NCBI GenBank assembly: GCA_964633865.1
Contig: CAZWIJ010000004.1
Coordinates: 35,543 to 99,542 of the forward strand
Origin: an uncultured Candidatus Saccharibacteria bacterium
GTDB taxonomy: Bacteria > Patescibacteriota > Minisyncoccia > SW-4-49-11
Length of the DNA stretch: 64,000 nt
Direction: 5' to 3'
Below are positions 1 to 10,173 of this stretch, piece after piece (position 1 is the stretch's first letter; each line of letters begins with the position of its first letter). The position numbers were made by a program, and so were the translations under genes. Under the pieces are notes generated by a model that was not told where the DNA came from, searched no databases, and saw nothing but the letters and a program-made list of their open reading frames with translations.

Positions 1-1
1 A

Positions 2-340
2 TGGTTCTTTCCAGGAGGAGCACTCGAAATAGGAGAAAAGTCTATTGAGTCATTAAAAAGAGAACTCTATGAGGAAACAGGGAGTAAAGTTAGTAATATA
101 GAATTACTTCTTAATAAAGAAACCTTTTTTTACTATAAACCTCTAAATAAAGCTTATCACACTATAAACCTCGTGTATTTAGCTAAGCTAGAAAGTCAAG
201 ATATAGACTTTGTTAATCCAGATTCCGAAGATGAAGCGGATGGATTTTCATGGATAGATATTTACAATCTTAAGCCAGAGGATATGCAAAGTTTTGCTTG
301 GGAAGTAATCTCTTTGACAAAAGAAAAAATGAGCTCCTAA
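2..340 (+). CDS. NUDIX hydrolase, C-terminal part (5' end outside window)
   Basis: Frame-2 translation from the window edge reads ...FPGGALEIGEKSIESLKRELYEETG..., a clean Nudix box (GX5EX7REUXEEXGU); stop TAA at 338-340. Not in ORF track because the start lies outside the window. Confidence 0.5.
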   Translation, partial: WFFPGGALEIGEKSIESLKRELYEETGSKVSNIELLLNKETFFYYKPLNKAYHTINLVYLAKLESQDIDFVNPDSEDEADGFSWIDIYNLKPEDMQSFAWEVISLTKEKMSS

Positions 341-484
341 AAGCTCATTTTAATATGGAATTTTAATTGTCTGATTACCATTCAGGATAGGGAAACTAAT
401 AATTCTTTTATTATTGATTTTGACTATATAGTTAATTGACTTTAGATTGTAAGAGAAACAGATTTATTGCCAAACATCAATCTC

Positions 485-1921
485 TTATAAATAATACTTT
501 TTGTCAATATATTCGACTAACAAATCAAAAAATAATCCTTTTGAATTTAATTGTATTCCATCTTTATCTTCAATTGTCATAATTTCTCCATTTGTATTTG
601 ATATTTTAATTGCATAATCCGACCATTTAATATCTGTTTCACCACTTTTATTGAAAGGTTTTATTTTTAACAAAAGATATGTTGAAAAAATTTTATATCC
701 ATGTACATATTCATTATCTTTAATGATAGAGCTTTTGTTTATTTTTTCAAGTGCAGTTAATAAATCTGATTCTAATCCCCCAAAAATAGAAATCAATGCT
801 TTTATACCTAAATTCATAAATTGAGGAACAGCTTGATCTATTCCATTAATATTTTCTTTGTAAAATTGACCATTCTTAAATGATTTAAGAGTGAATTTTG
901 TTGGCTTTAATAGTTGTCTCAAATTTAATTTTTCTTTACCAGGTAATTCTAGTAAGTTTATGAGAATATTTGTTAAAAAAATTCTCATATACCCTTTTTC
1001 TCTGAATGATCCCTCTAAATTTACATCTTCTACTTGAAAGCGAGATATTATTTGATCAATAAAATTTGTAACTATTTCTTTATTTTCAAATGGAAAAACT
1101 TCAACACTAAAGAACTTATCAAAATATCCATTAGAATCAGTATCTACTCCATATTTATGATGAAAAATACTTTTAAGATTTTGGAAATCCGCAACTAAAA
1201 TAATTTTATCAAAACCAAACTTATTTTTCAATTCTTCATAATGTAGATCAAAATGTGCTGAGAAAATATTCAGAATCCTAAAAAGATGTTCTGGATCAAT
1301 TCTATCTAGATCATCCAAAATTAATACACTTGTTTTCTCTTTTTTATCTTTTGATTCTTTATGAGGTATCTTGTTCTTGATAATCTCACTTAGAACATCT
1401 GACTCTGTATTATTCTCTTCTAAAAATGTGGTTATCTTATTTCTATCTCCTTCTTTGAACTCTTGAAATTTTTTATCCACTTCTAATAACATTTTGAGGG
1501 GTTTACCTAATTTGTCAAAACCAAAAGGTAAATATCCTGTGATACCTTCAATTATCCCTTGTAGAGAAGAGTTTGTATTAGATTTAAATTGATGTTTCAG
1601 AAAACTTATAAAACTTCTATCTAAATCGTTTTTTTTATTAAAGACCTCTCCCCTTTCTAATAATTCAATTAGAATATCGCGCTTTAGAAATTGAATAATA
1701 TCTTCATTATAGGATATTTGGTAATTTACTGGAAATAGATGAAAAACCTCATATTCATTTTTTTTAAATTCAAAGAATTTGTTTAAATAATATGTTTTTC
1801 CAACACCAAATTTACCAGAAAATATAATTCTAGAGTTATTTGAAATACTTAAATGATCTTCAAAGTTTGAAAATAATTTAGTTATATCAATTTCGAATAA
1901 TTGTTCTTGATCTGTACCCAT
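485..1921 (-). CDS. KAP-family P-loop NTPase
   Basis: 478 aa. Walker A GKFGVGKT near N-terminus, Walker B hhhLDDLDR (VLILDDLDRIDPEHL), size and layout typical of KAP NTPases. Confidence 0.5.
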   Translation of the reverse strand: MGTDQEQLFEIDITKLFSNFEDHLSISNNSRIIFSGKFGVGKTYYLNKFFEFKKNEYEVFHLFPVNYQISYNEDIIQFLKRDILIELLERGEVFNKKNDLDRSFISFLKHQFKSNTNSSLQGIIEGITGYLPFGFDKLGKPLKMLLEVDKKFQEFKEGDRNKITTFLEENNTESDVLSEIIKNKIPHKESKDKKEKTSVLILDDLDRIDPEHLFRILNIFSAHFDLHYEELKNKFGFDKIILVADFQNLKSIFHHKYGVDTDSNGYFDKFFSVEVFPFENKEIVTNFIDQIISRFQVEDVNLEGSFREKGYMRIFLTNILINLLELPGKEKLNLRQLLKPTKFTLKSFKNGQFYKENINGIDQAVPQFMNLGIKALISIFGGLESDLLTALEKINKSSIIKDNEYVHGYKIFSTYLLLKIKPFNKSGETDIKWSDYAIKISNTNGEIMTIEDKDGIQLNSKGLFFDLLVEYIDKKYYL

Positions 1922-2101
1922 AATCCATTTTCAGAATTAACTTATAAAAAATCTTTCTATATATTATACAATATCCTGCTTAAAAAACCACACCAAAAAG
2001 GATGATTAACTTTTATATCTAACCACTTCCTAAACAATTATTTTTGACATATAAATTTTATAATGGTAAAATAAGTATATTATCAGATAAATATTAAATT
2101 T

Positions 2102-2368
2102 ATGTCAGAATTAAAAACTAGAGGTAATCTAACCTCATCAGAAGTCAAAAACATTGCTCAATTAATACCAAATAGTCATTTAAGAGAACAATTTAATGAT
2201 ATGATGTCTCTACAACTAGACAATCATGATAGAGAATCACCAAAAGGAACTGTATCTGTAAGACAAGCTAATCAGGTTTTAGAGAATCTAAAAGATAATG
2301 TAGGTAGTAATGGAATAACTGAAACACATATTAATAAAATTGAGAATTTTATTAACGGTAAATTATAA
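2102..2368 (+). CDS. hypothetical small protein (tandem paralog 1)
   Basis: 88-aa ORF. Shares a motif pattern (KN.A.LIP...HINKI.N) with the overlapping next ORF. Confidence 0.3.
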   Translation: MSELKTRGNLTSSEVKNIAQLIPNSHLREQFNDMMSLQLDNHDRESPKGTVSVRQANQVLENLKDNVGSNGITETHINKIENFINGKL

Positions 2369-2597
2369 ATCTATGATAGCAAAAGATTTAATTTCTGAAT
2401 TAGAAAAAGCAGGTTTATTTCATGGATCTTATAAAGAAGCTGATATTTTAAAAAATGCAATATTGTCAATTATACCAGAATATAATAAAGTTGAATCATA
2501 TCATATTAATAAAATAATCAACCAATTATACAAAACACAAGTTGATTATGGTAGTAACATTATTGCTATCACTCAATTTATTCAAAGCAAAATTTAA
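2340..2597 (+). CDS. hypothetical small protein (tandem paralog 2)
   Basis: 85-aa ORF in a different frame, overlapping the previous ORF by 29 nt. Internal similarity to paralog 1. Confidence 0.3.
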   Translation: MRILLTVNYKSMIAKDLISELEKAGLFHGSYKEADILKNAILSIIPEYNKVESYHINKIINQLYKTQVDYGSNIIAITQFIQSKI

Positions 2598-2611
2598 ATG
2601 ATATAAGAATA

Positions 2612-3709
2612 ATGACAATTGATGATTTGATATCTAAATCAAATGAGTTATCTAATATTTGGAATAGTCTAAATTTATACAAAAATTTAGACTCAATTCA
2701 ATCTGAGATTAAAAGATTAAAAAACAAATCAAACCAGCCTAATTTTTGGGATAATAATAAATTAGCTCAAGAAACTCTAATTGAATTATCTCATTTAGAA
2801 AATAAACATAAAGATATACTATATATTGAAGAAAATTTAAAATTCTATTCTGAAATTTTAAATTCAAATTATTCTGAAATTGAAGTCAAAGATTTAAGTT
2901 TAGAAATACTTTCTCTTGAAAAAAAAATTATTTCCCTTTGGCAAACTGAACTATTTAAAGAAGATAATGATAAAAATAATGCCATAATATTTATACAGGC
3001 TGGAGCTGGTGGAGTTGATGCTCAAGATTTTGTAGAAATGTTATTTAATATGTATAAAAAATTTGTAGATTCTCGTAATTTTTCTATAGATGTGATAGAA
3101 TATATTAAGGGACAAGAAGCTGGATTAAAGAAAATAACTTTTTTTGTCAAAGGATTATATGCTTATGGAATTATGAAACAAGAAAGAGGAGTTCATAGAT
3201 TAGTCAGAAACTCACCTTTCAATGCTAGTAATAAAAGACAAACTTCCTTTGTAATGGTACAAGTTTTACCAGAAATCCCTGAAATTGATGATAAAGATAT
3301 AGAAATAAATTCTAAAGACTTAAAAATAGATGTATTTAGATCTAGTGGAGCTGGTGGACAGAGTGTTAATACTACTGATTCAGCAGTAAGAATAACTCAT
3401 TTACCCACAAATATTGTAATTTCTATTCAAACTGAAAGATCACAATTACAAAACAAATCCCTTGCAATGACTATTTTGAAATCTAAATTATGGGAAAAAA
3501 GTCAAGAAAAATTATTACAAGAAAAAGCTAATTTTAAAGAAACTGTATCTATTTCTTGGGGTAACCATATTAGATCATATGTATTAAATCCATATAAACT
3601 AGTCAAGGACTCAAGAAGTAATTATGAAACAACTGATGTAGATAAGATTCTAAATGGAGATTTAGAAGATGTAATTAATTCAGTTCTTATTACTCAAAAT
3701 AAATATTAA
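2612..3709 (+). CDS. prfB: peptide chain release factor 2
   Basis: 365 aa. SPF tripeptide (RNSPFNA) specific to RF2 and GGQ motif (SSGAGGQSVNTTDSAVRITH). ORF is uninterrupted, with no programmed +1 frameshift site. Confidence 0.9.
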   Translation: MTIDDLISKSNELSNIWNSLNLYKNLDSIQSEIKRLKNKSNQPNFWDNNKLAQETLIELSHLENKHKDILYIEENLKFYSEILNSNYSEIEVKDLSLEILSLEKKIISLWQTELFKEDNDKNNAIIFIQAGAGGVDAQDFVEMLFNMYKKFVDSRNFSIDVIEYIKGQEAGLKKITFFVKGLYAYGIMKQERGVHRLVRNSPFNASNKRQTSFVMVQVLPEIPEIDDKDIEINSKDLKIDVFRSSGAGGQSVNTTDSAVRITHLPTNIVISIQTERSQLQNKSLAMTILKSKLWEKSQEKLLQEKANFKETVSISWGNHIRSYVLNPYKLVKDSRSNYETTDVDKILNGDLEDVINSVLITQNKY

Positions 3710-3722
3710 TTAAACTTAGAAC

Positions 3723-4406
3723 ATGATTCTATTCAAAAACATATCTAAATTATACGGGGATGATTACCTAGCACTTAATAACATAAATTTAAAAATTGAA
3801 GATGGTGAATTCATTGTTCTTGTAGGGCAAAGTGGTGCTGGGAAATCTACTTTAATGAAATTAATAACAGGAGAAGAAAAACCTAATCAAGGAGAAGTTT
3901 ACTTTGGAAATAATAGAATTGATACTTTAAAATACAAACATCTACCACAACATAGAAGACAATTAGGAATTATATTCCAAGATTTCAAATTATTAGCTCA
4001 AAAAACTGCTTTTGAAAATATTGCATTTGCAATGGAGATTATTGGTAAAGATTATCTAGAGATTCAAAGAAAAGTACCTAGATTTTTAAATATTGTAGGA
4101 ATGGGATCTAAAGCAAATAAGTTTCCTTCTCAAATGTCTGGAGGTGAAAGACAAAGAGTGGCTATTGCTAGAGCTCTAATTAATGAACCTAGAGTATTAT
4201 TAGCTGATGAGCCTACAGGAAATCTAGATGTCTTTAATAGTTGGGATATTGTCAATTTACTATTAAAAATAAATGAACAATTAAAAACTACTATTATTTT
4301 TGCTACTCATAATAAAGAAGTTGTAAACAGTATTAATAAAAGAGTAATTAGTCTAGATAGAGGTAATATTATCCGAGATAGTATAGAAGGTAAATATATA
4401 ATTTAA
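3723..4406 (+). CDS. ftsE: cell-division ABC transporter ATP-binding protein FtsE
   Basis: 227 aa. Walker A GQSGAGKST, ABC signature LSGGERQRVAIARAL, Walker B LLADEPTGNLD. Immediately followed by ftsX. Confidence 0.85.
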   Translation: MILFKNISKLYGDDYLALNNINLKIEDGEFIVLVGQSGAGKSTLMKLITGEEKPNQGEVYFGNNRIDTLKYKHLPQHRRQLGIIFQDFKLLAQKTAFENIAFAMEIIGKDYLEIQRKVPRFLNIVGMGSKANKFPSQMSGGERQRVAIARALINEPRVLLADEPTGNLDVFNSWDIVNLLLKINEQLKTTIIFATHNKEVVNSINKRVISLDRGNIIRDSIEGKYII

Positions 4407-4419
4407 GTCAACATACAAT

Positions 4420-5355
4420 ATGAAAAATATAACTTTAGAACTTTATAGAAGCATAAAATATGGATTCCAAAATTTCGGTAGAAATATATTTTTATCTATT
4501 GCTACTACTAGTGTGATGGTTCTAACATTATTTGGTCTTGGGTTCTTTATGATAATAAATCAAATAAGCAATCAAGCATTAACTAGTCTACAATCCAAAG
4601 TTGATATAAATATATATATAAAAGAATCTTTAGATCAAACCGAGTTACAAAACTTTAATGAATATGTCAAAAAAATACCCCAAGTTTTAAGCTCAGAAAT
4701 AATTGATAAAGAGAAAGCTCTCGAAATTTACAAAGAAAGGTTCAAAGAAAATCCTGTATTGATAGATTCTATACAATTTCTAGATACTAATCCTCTACCA
4801 GTTACTTTAATTATTCAAGCTAAAACTTCTGAAGATTATAGTACAATTTGGGAATCAATAAAACAATATCCTCAATTTGATACTACAGTAGAAAGCTCAG
4901 ATTATTCTGACGATAAAAATGTTGCTAAAGAAACTATTGAGCAACTAAATAAAATTATTAATACAACAAGGAGTGTAGGCTTAGTTGTTATTATAGTACT
5001 ATCTGTTATTGCAGTTCTTATAACTTATAACACTATTAGACTTACAATGTATTCTTATCGTAACGAAATAGAAATTATGAGATTAGTTGGAGCGAGTGAT
5101 TCTCAAATTAAAGGTCCATTTTTTGTTGAAGGAATATTGTTCGGAGTATTTGGAACATTTATAAGCTTTTTAATCTTATTTTTAGTTGTATTTTTTATAT
5201 CTGAACCAGTAAACAACTTTATTCCTGGATCTGATCCACTTTCTGAATATTTGTACAATAATATCTTACTTATTGTAGGAATTAAATTAATAGTTGGAGT
5301 AATATTAGGTATTGGAAGTAGTATATTTGCTATCAATAGATATTTGAAAGTATAA
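4420..5355 (+). CDS. ftsX: cell-division permease FtsX
   Basis: 311 aa. N-terminal TM, extracytoplasmic loop and 3 C-terminal TM helices. Position directly downstream of ftsE. Confidence 0.8.
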   Translation: MKNITLELYRSIKYGFQNFGRNIFLSIATTSVMVLTLFGLGFFMIINQISNQALTSLQSKVDINIYIKESLDQTELQNFNEYVKKIPQVLSSEIIDKEKALEIYKERFKENPVLIDSIQFLDTNPLPVTLIIQAKTSEDYSTIWESIKQYPQFDTTVESSDYSDDKNVAKETIEQLNKIINTTRSVGLVVIIVLSVIAVLITYNTIRLTMYSYRNEIEIMRLVGASDSQIKGPFFVEGILFGVFGTFISFLILFLVVFFISEPVNNFIPGSDPLSEYLYNNILLIVGIKLIVGVILGIGSSIFAINRYLKV

Positions 5356-5382
5356 ATTTAAAAATAATTTCATACTAAAAAA

Positions 5383-5418
5383 AGACCTATTTAATTGTTG
5401 AGGTCTTTTTTCTTTTTT
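5383..5418 (+). terminator. rho-independent terminator (bidirectional) after ftsX
   Basis: AGACCT-12nt loop-AGGTCT followed by TTTTTTCTTTTTT and preceded by an A-run. Sits between convergent ftsX and the Mur ligase gene. Confidence 0.6.
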
Positions 5419-5434
5419 AGAGACGGTTTATAAT

Positions 5435-6739
5435 TTAACTTAATAATTTCTGCATTTCCTTTGTATCATTCCAATGCTCTTTCTTTCCATTAGCTCTTAC
5501 AATACTATTTTCACTTCCCTTACCTGTAATTATAATAATATCTTGTCTTTTTGCTAAGGCTAGAGCTTTCTTAAAAGCATCTTTTCTTGATAAAATTTTG
5601 AAGGCTGTTTTATCTTCTATTTTATCAGATTTTAAAACTCCTTTAAAGACTTGTTCAATTATACTCATTGGATCCTCATCAAATGGATCCTCGTCCGTTA
5701 TTATTGTATAATCAGTCATTTTACCAGCTATCTCTCCCATTTCTGATCTTTTCCATACATCTCTACCCCCACCACAAGATCCAAGTACAGAAATAACTTT
5801 TGAACCTTTAGATTTTACTTGATTTAATGTCTGATATACTTTTTCCAAAGAAACTGGTATATGAGCATAATCAACTATAATAGTTGGTTCGCTATGAACT
5901 ATATTCATTCTTCCAGGGATTTCTTTTAATTTAGGTATATTTTCTACTAAATTCTCTATATCTAGTTCAAGATTAATTCCAATCGCAAGACACATTGATA
6001 AATTTATTATATTAAATTCTCCTATAAATTTAGACTTAACTATATATATTTTTTCTTTATATCCAAACTCAAATTGCAATCCATTTTGATCTGATTTTAA
6101 TATTTTAGTCCTAAAATCATCACTTTTTTCTCCTATTCTAAATTTTTTATAATCACCTATTTTATAATAAAATTTGAAATAATTATCATCTTGATTAAAG
6201 AATGCTAACTTTTCAACGGAAACCCCTTTTATTACTTTATTTTTTGATTTATGAAGAGATTTAAAAAGTATTCCCTTAGCTTTCTTATAATTATTAAATC
6301 CTCCATGGGAGTCTAAATGCTCTGGATAAAGATTTAGGATACCTGCCATATCAAAATGTATTCCTAAGTGCCTATTTTGGACTAATCCCTCACTAGTTAC
6401 TTCTACAATAAATACTTGACATTTATTTTTTACAGCTTCAGAAATTAATTTATGCAAAACAAATTTTCCAGGCATAGAATTTCTGGAGTCATTCTTTACC
6501 AATTCTTTACCATCACTAAAGTATATAGAGGAAGATAGACCTACTTTTAATCCTTGTGATTTTAATAATTGATATAACATATATACTGTACTTGATTTAC
6601 CTTTTGTACCTGTTATGCCTATTACTCTAATTTTTTCACTTGGATTACCATAATAATAATTAGCATAAAGCGAAACTGCTCCATGATAATAAGGTCTAAT
6701 TTGTTTTAATAATTTTTGTGGGATTATGTTTTTCAACAT
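5435..6739 (-). CDS. Mur ligase family protein, MurE-like (short N-terminus)
   Basis: 434 aa. P-loop GITGTKGKSST only ~40 aa from the N-terminus, central motif NLYPEHLDSHG, C-terminal GSCGGGRD..KR and TDEDPFDEDP resembling MurE GCGGDRD/DNPRxE. The canonical N-terminal UDP-binding domain appears absent. Confidence 0.5.
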   Translation of the reverse strand: MLKNIIPQKLLKQIRPYYHGAVSLYANYYYGNPSEKIRVIGITGTKGKSSTVYMLYQLLKSQGLKVGLSSSIYFSDGKELVKNDSRNSMPGKFVLHKLISEAVKNKCQVFIVEVTSEGLVQNRHLGIHFDMAGILNLYPEHLDSHGGFNNYKKAKGILFKSLHKSKNKVIKGVSVEKLAFFNQDDNYFKFYYKIGDYKKFRIGEKSDDFRTKILKSDQNGLQFEFGYKEKIYIVKSKFIGEFNIINLSMCLAIGINLELDIENLVENIPKLKEIPGRMNIVHSEPTIIVDYAHIPVSLEKVYQTLNQVKSKGSKVISVLGSCGGGRDVWKRSEMGEIAGKMTDYTIITDEDPFDEDPMSIIEQVFKGVLKSDKIEDKTAFKILSRKDAFKKALALAKRQDIIIITGKGSENSIVRANGKKEHWNDTKEMQKLLS

Positions 6740-6750
6740 ATAAAATTCAA

Positions 6751-7410
6751 TTAAGAAATTAATTTAACTAAATTTTTGTATTCTAATTCTGGATTCTCAG
6801 AGTTAAAAATAGCACTTCCAACGGCAATTGATTCCGCTCCGGACTCTAAGATTTGTGGAATAGTCTCCTTATTAACTCCTCCATCCCATGAAATTTCTAA
6901 TTCACTTAATGTATATCTTTCTTTAAAATCAATAACCTTATCTAAAACTTCAGATTTAAATTTACTCCCATAAAACCCAGGATTGACTCCCATGAATAAA
7001 ACTGTACTAATTTTTTTTACAACTTTCCCAACTTCTCTAATATCTGTATCTGGATTTATAGCTACACCTACTTCTTTTCCAATATCTTTGATTTGATTTA
7101 ATAATTGCCTTAATTCTTCTAAACTTTCTGTTGCTTCTTTGTGAATGATAATCCTGACACAACTAGGAAAAGATTTTAGACTAGCTATTATTTCTTCGCT
7201 TGATTTTTTATCTGCCATAATATGAGCTTCAAATTTTAAATCACCAAAATCTGTATAAAAAAAATCTTTTGGTAATACACTTTTAGAACTTGTTAAGGTA
7301 TTATTCATTATATCTATTTGGACATAATCAGTAAATTTTTTACAAATTTCTATTTTTTGGTTAAAATCTTTTTTATTATCCGTAAGGATAGCTGGTACAA
7401 TTCTTTTCAT
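6751..7410 (-). CDS. rpe: ribulose-phosphate 3-epimerase
   Basis: 219 aa TIM-barrel with VDIMNN... and FMGVNPGFYGSKF motifs typical of Rpe. Confidence 0.8.
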   Translation of the reverse strand: MKRIVPAILTDNKKDFNQKIEICKKFTDYVQIDIMNNTLTSSKSVLPKDFFYTDFGDLKFEAHIMADKKSSEEIIASLKSFPSCVRIIIHKEATESLEELRQLLNQIKDIGKEVGVAINPDTDIREVGKVVKKISTVLFMGVNPGFYGSKFKSEVLDKVIDFKERYTLSELEISWDGGVNKETIPQILESGAESIAVGSAIFNSENPELEYKNLVKLIS

Positions 7411-7462
7411 AAAAATAAGTTTTAGGTTCTAATATATGTATTATAGCACATTTTTCTTAAAT

Positions 7463-7496
7463 AAAAACAACCCTTTGTAATTTAGAGTTGTTTTTA
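7463..7496 (-). terminator. possible terminator downstream of 7519..8559 gene
   Basis: On the minus strand: AAAAACAAC...GTTGTTTTT imperfect hairpin followed by a T-rich run. Confidence 0.3.
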
Positions 7497-7518
7497 TAGA
7501 TTTAAATTAAATTATTTA

Positions 7519-8559
7519 TTAAAAGCTTTCTTCTATGGTGTTTGATAAAACTTGTGTACAATTATAGGGTAGTGGACTTTTTTTCTCTTCAGCTGTACAT
7601 TCTCTTTTTCCTATAACAGGTTGATATTTAAATATATTATCACTAATAAAAATAGCTTCATTCCATTGCTTATCACTTATACTCCTATATTCTCCTGTAT
7701 TTAAATTCATAATAATACCTGATGGTTTTTCTACTGCATCATTTGCCCCCAACTCTTTAGATAAAATTATAAAATTCTCATTTAAAGAAATATCATCTAT
7801 GTATTTAAAATTTGAAAGACCTTCGTATTTAACTAAAATATTGTTATAATATTTATATAAAGTCACTATATTACCCTCATATTTTTCAGAATATTCTAAA
7901 ACCGTAAAATATATATTATTCTTGATTTTATTTGCTGAAAAAACTTTTTCTCTTATTATTGGCATTTTATCTTTGTCTAATGAAGAGTTATCTAAATTTA
8001 TTAAAGGAGTTAGTTTATATTTATTTTCTTTATTTTCAGACAATTTTGTTATATTATCTGAAAAATTACCACCAAAAGGAGCCCCTTTTAAAAGTTTTAT
8101 ATTATATTCTGAGAAAACATTATCTTCAAGAGTAGTCATACCCAGATCATTATTTTTTGCATACAAAAATACCCCCTCTTCTACATTTTCCACTGCATAA
8201 ACTATATATTCATTAATCTCACTTGGTGGAGTTGGGACTACTGTTTTTTCTACTTTGGTATATTCTGATTTATCTTTGCTATATTTTACTTCTTCTACAA
8301 CTGAGACTTCTTTCTCTGGAATTTCAGTTACTACTGGAGGTTTTACTTCTTCAGTGATTATTGGGTCTTGTTTTACTGGTTCTGTTTTATTGGTATTATT
8401 TTCTACCATCTGTGATCTTGGTGTCTCAATCACAACTTCATTATCTGTATTGCTCATATTGGCTTGATACACAAATATTCCTATAACTGGGAATGATAAT
8501 AATAATGTGACTGCCCATAATGGAGCTTTTATAGTCTTGTCAAATGGATTGTTGTTCAT
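7519..8559 (-). CDS. hypothetical membrane-anchored/secreted protein
   Basis: 346 aa. N-terminal TM helix, then a Pro/Glu/Val-rich linker (PPVVTEIPEKEVSVVEEV). No recognisable catalytic motif. Confidence 0.4.
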   Translation of the reverse strand: MNNNPFDKTIKAPLWAVTLLLSFPVIGIFVYQANMSNTDNEVVIETPRSQMVENNTNKTEPVKQDPIITEEVKPPVVTEIPEKEVSVVEEVKYSKDKSEYTKVEKTVVPTPPSEINEYIVYAVENVEEGVFLYAKNNDLGMTTLEDNVFSEYNIKLLKGAPFGGNFSDNITKLSENKENKYKLTPLINLDNSSLDKDKMPIIREKVFSANKIKNNIYFTVLEYSEKYEGNIVTLYKYYNNILVKYEGLSNFKYIDDISLNENFIILSKELGANDAVEKPSGIIMNLNTGEYRSISDKQWNEAIFISDNIFKYQPVIGKRECTAEEKKSPLPYNCTQVLSNTIEESF

Positions 8560-8786
8560 ATGATATAATTGTTAATTATTTAACTTATTTATGTTATTAT
8601 ATATTGACACTTTTGTCAATATATTTATGATTTTTAATTAAAATTTCTTTTATTAATTCATATTTTAGAATTATTATTTGTTATTATTTTATAACTATAT
8701 TTTTTATTAGTCTTATTTTTAGCTTTATTATATAATTATATTTTCTTTAATTATTATAACATATTTTAATATTAATAATATATATT

Positions 8787-10169
8787 CTATATTTTTAATA
8801 ATTCTTTAGGATCACAAGCTTTATAATAAACTAGGTTTTCTTGTAATTTTTGTTTATTTTTAATTAGTGGCATAACAAATTCCCATGCTTGCTCTATTTC
8901 ATCTTTTCTTACGAACAATTTTTGATCTCCTTCTATTGCATCTTTAATAAGCCTAGTATATGGATCTATAGTTTTTTGTAATAAATCTGTATATGTAAAA
9001 TTAAGTTTAATTGGTTGAATACACATTCCTTTACCAGGCATTTTTGCATTAATAGAGAGATAAATTTCTTCTTCTGGTTGGATTGAAATCACTAATTCAT
9101 TAGCTTTTGGATTACATTCCTCATCATAATTCATAAAATATCTAAAACTTTCCTTAAAGACGACTCTTATTTCTGCCTTTTTTTCTGACATTCTCTTACC
9201 TGTTCGAATATAAATCGGCACACCTTCCCATCTTAAATTATCAACAAAAATAGGTACTTCAAAATAAGTCTCTGTCTTAGAATTAGTAGGAGTTCCCTCT
9301 TCTTCAAGATAAGATTTGATATTTTGATTATTATTAGCAAGATATTGACCTATCTTTATTTTATCTATATCTATTGGTTTTAGTGACCTTAACACCTTAT
9401 ATTTCTCATCTCTAATAAATTCTGCCTCCATTCTGACAGGAGATTCCATCATAAACATAGCCATAATCTGTAATATATGACTTTGAAACATATCTTTGAT
9501 GATTCCATTCTGGTCAAAATACTCTGCCCTATCTTCTACACCAATAGATTCAAAAACATCTATATGAATGTCCTCAACATAATGATTGTTAAGCATTGGC
9601 TCAAAGATTGAGTTGCCAAACCTAAGTGCGATTATATTTTGAATGGTTTCTTTCCCTAAATAATGATCAACTCTATAGATTTCTTCTTCCTCAAAATATT
9701 CTTTTAGTATTTTATTTAAATATTGAGCGGACTCCAAATCTTCTCCAAATGGTTTTTCTATTAAAAGTTTTATCTTAAAATCCTTTGCTTGATTTTTTAA
9801 ATAATACACCAAATCAATGGTGCTCTGGAAAGCTGATGGAGGAATTGCCATATAGAACAAGAATTCTAATCCTTTTTCTAAAGAAAATTTAGTATTAATT
9901 TGATTATACAAAGACTCTTTATTAGAATAATCTATTTCTATGAAAGAGAATTTATCCAGAAAATCATCTATCTTATCTGAACTAAAATTAGTTAGACTTT
10001 TTTTAACCAAATCTCTATACTCCAAATCTTCAACTTTATTTCTCCCTAAACCTAATATATTTATATTTTCAAGTTCTTTATTTAAATACAAATCATACAA
10101 AGATTTATATATCTTTTTCCTTGCTAAATCTCCTGTTGCACCAAATATAGTTATATATGAATCTTCCAT
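8787..10169 (-). CDS. zwf: glucose-6-phosphate 1-dehydrogenase
   Basis: 460 aa. N-terminal GATGDLA NADP-binding motif and RVDHYLGKE active-site signature of G6PD. Confidence 0.85.
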   Translation of the reverse strand: MEDSYITIFGATGDLARKKIYKSLYDLYLNKELENINILGLGRNKVEDLEYRDLVKKSLTNFSSDKIDDFLDKFSFIEIDYSNKESLYNQINTKFSLEKGLEFLFYMAIPPSAFQSTIDLVYYLKNQAKDFKIKLLIEKPFGEDLESAQYLNKILKEYFEEEEIYRVDHYLGKETIQNIIALRFGNSIFEPMLNNHYVEDIHIDVFESIGVEDRAEYFDQNGIIKDMFQSHILQIMAMFMMESPVRMEAEFIRDEKYKVLRSLKPIDIDKIKIGQYLANNNQNIKSYLEEEGTPTNSKTETYFEVPIFVDNLRWEGVPIYIRTGKRMSEKKAEIRVVFKESFRYFMNYDEECNPKANELVISIQPEEEIYLSINAKMPGKGMCIQPIKLNFTYTDLLQKTIDPYTRLIKDAIEGDQKLFVRKDEIEQAWEFVMPLIKNKQKLQENLVYYKACDPKELLKI

Positions 10170-10173
10170 AAAC

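Noticed and set aside
2102-2597. Single ~170-aa gene split by a frameshift
   Set aside because: The two ORFs are similar to each other (paralog-like) rather than colinear pieces of one family. I could not find a junction that restores a longer conserved protein. Left as two tandem small ORFs with low confidence.
2612-3709. Programmed +1 frameshift in prfB
   Set aside because: The RF2 ORF is continuous for 365 aa from a single ATG. No short upstream ORF or CUU UGA-type shift site is needed.
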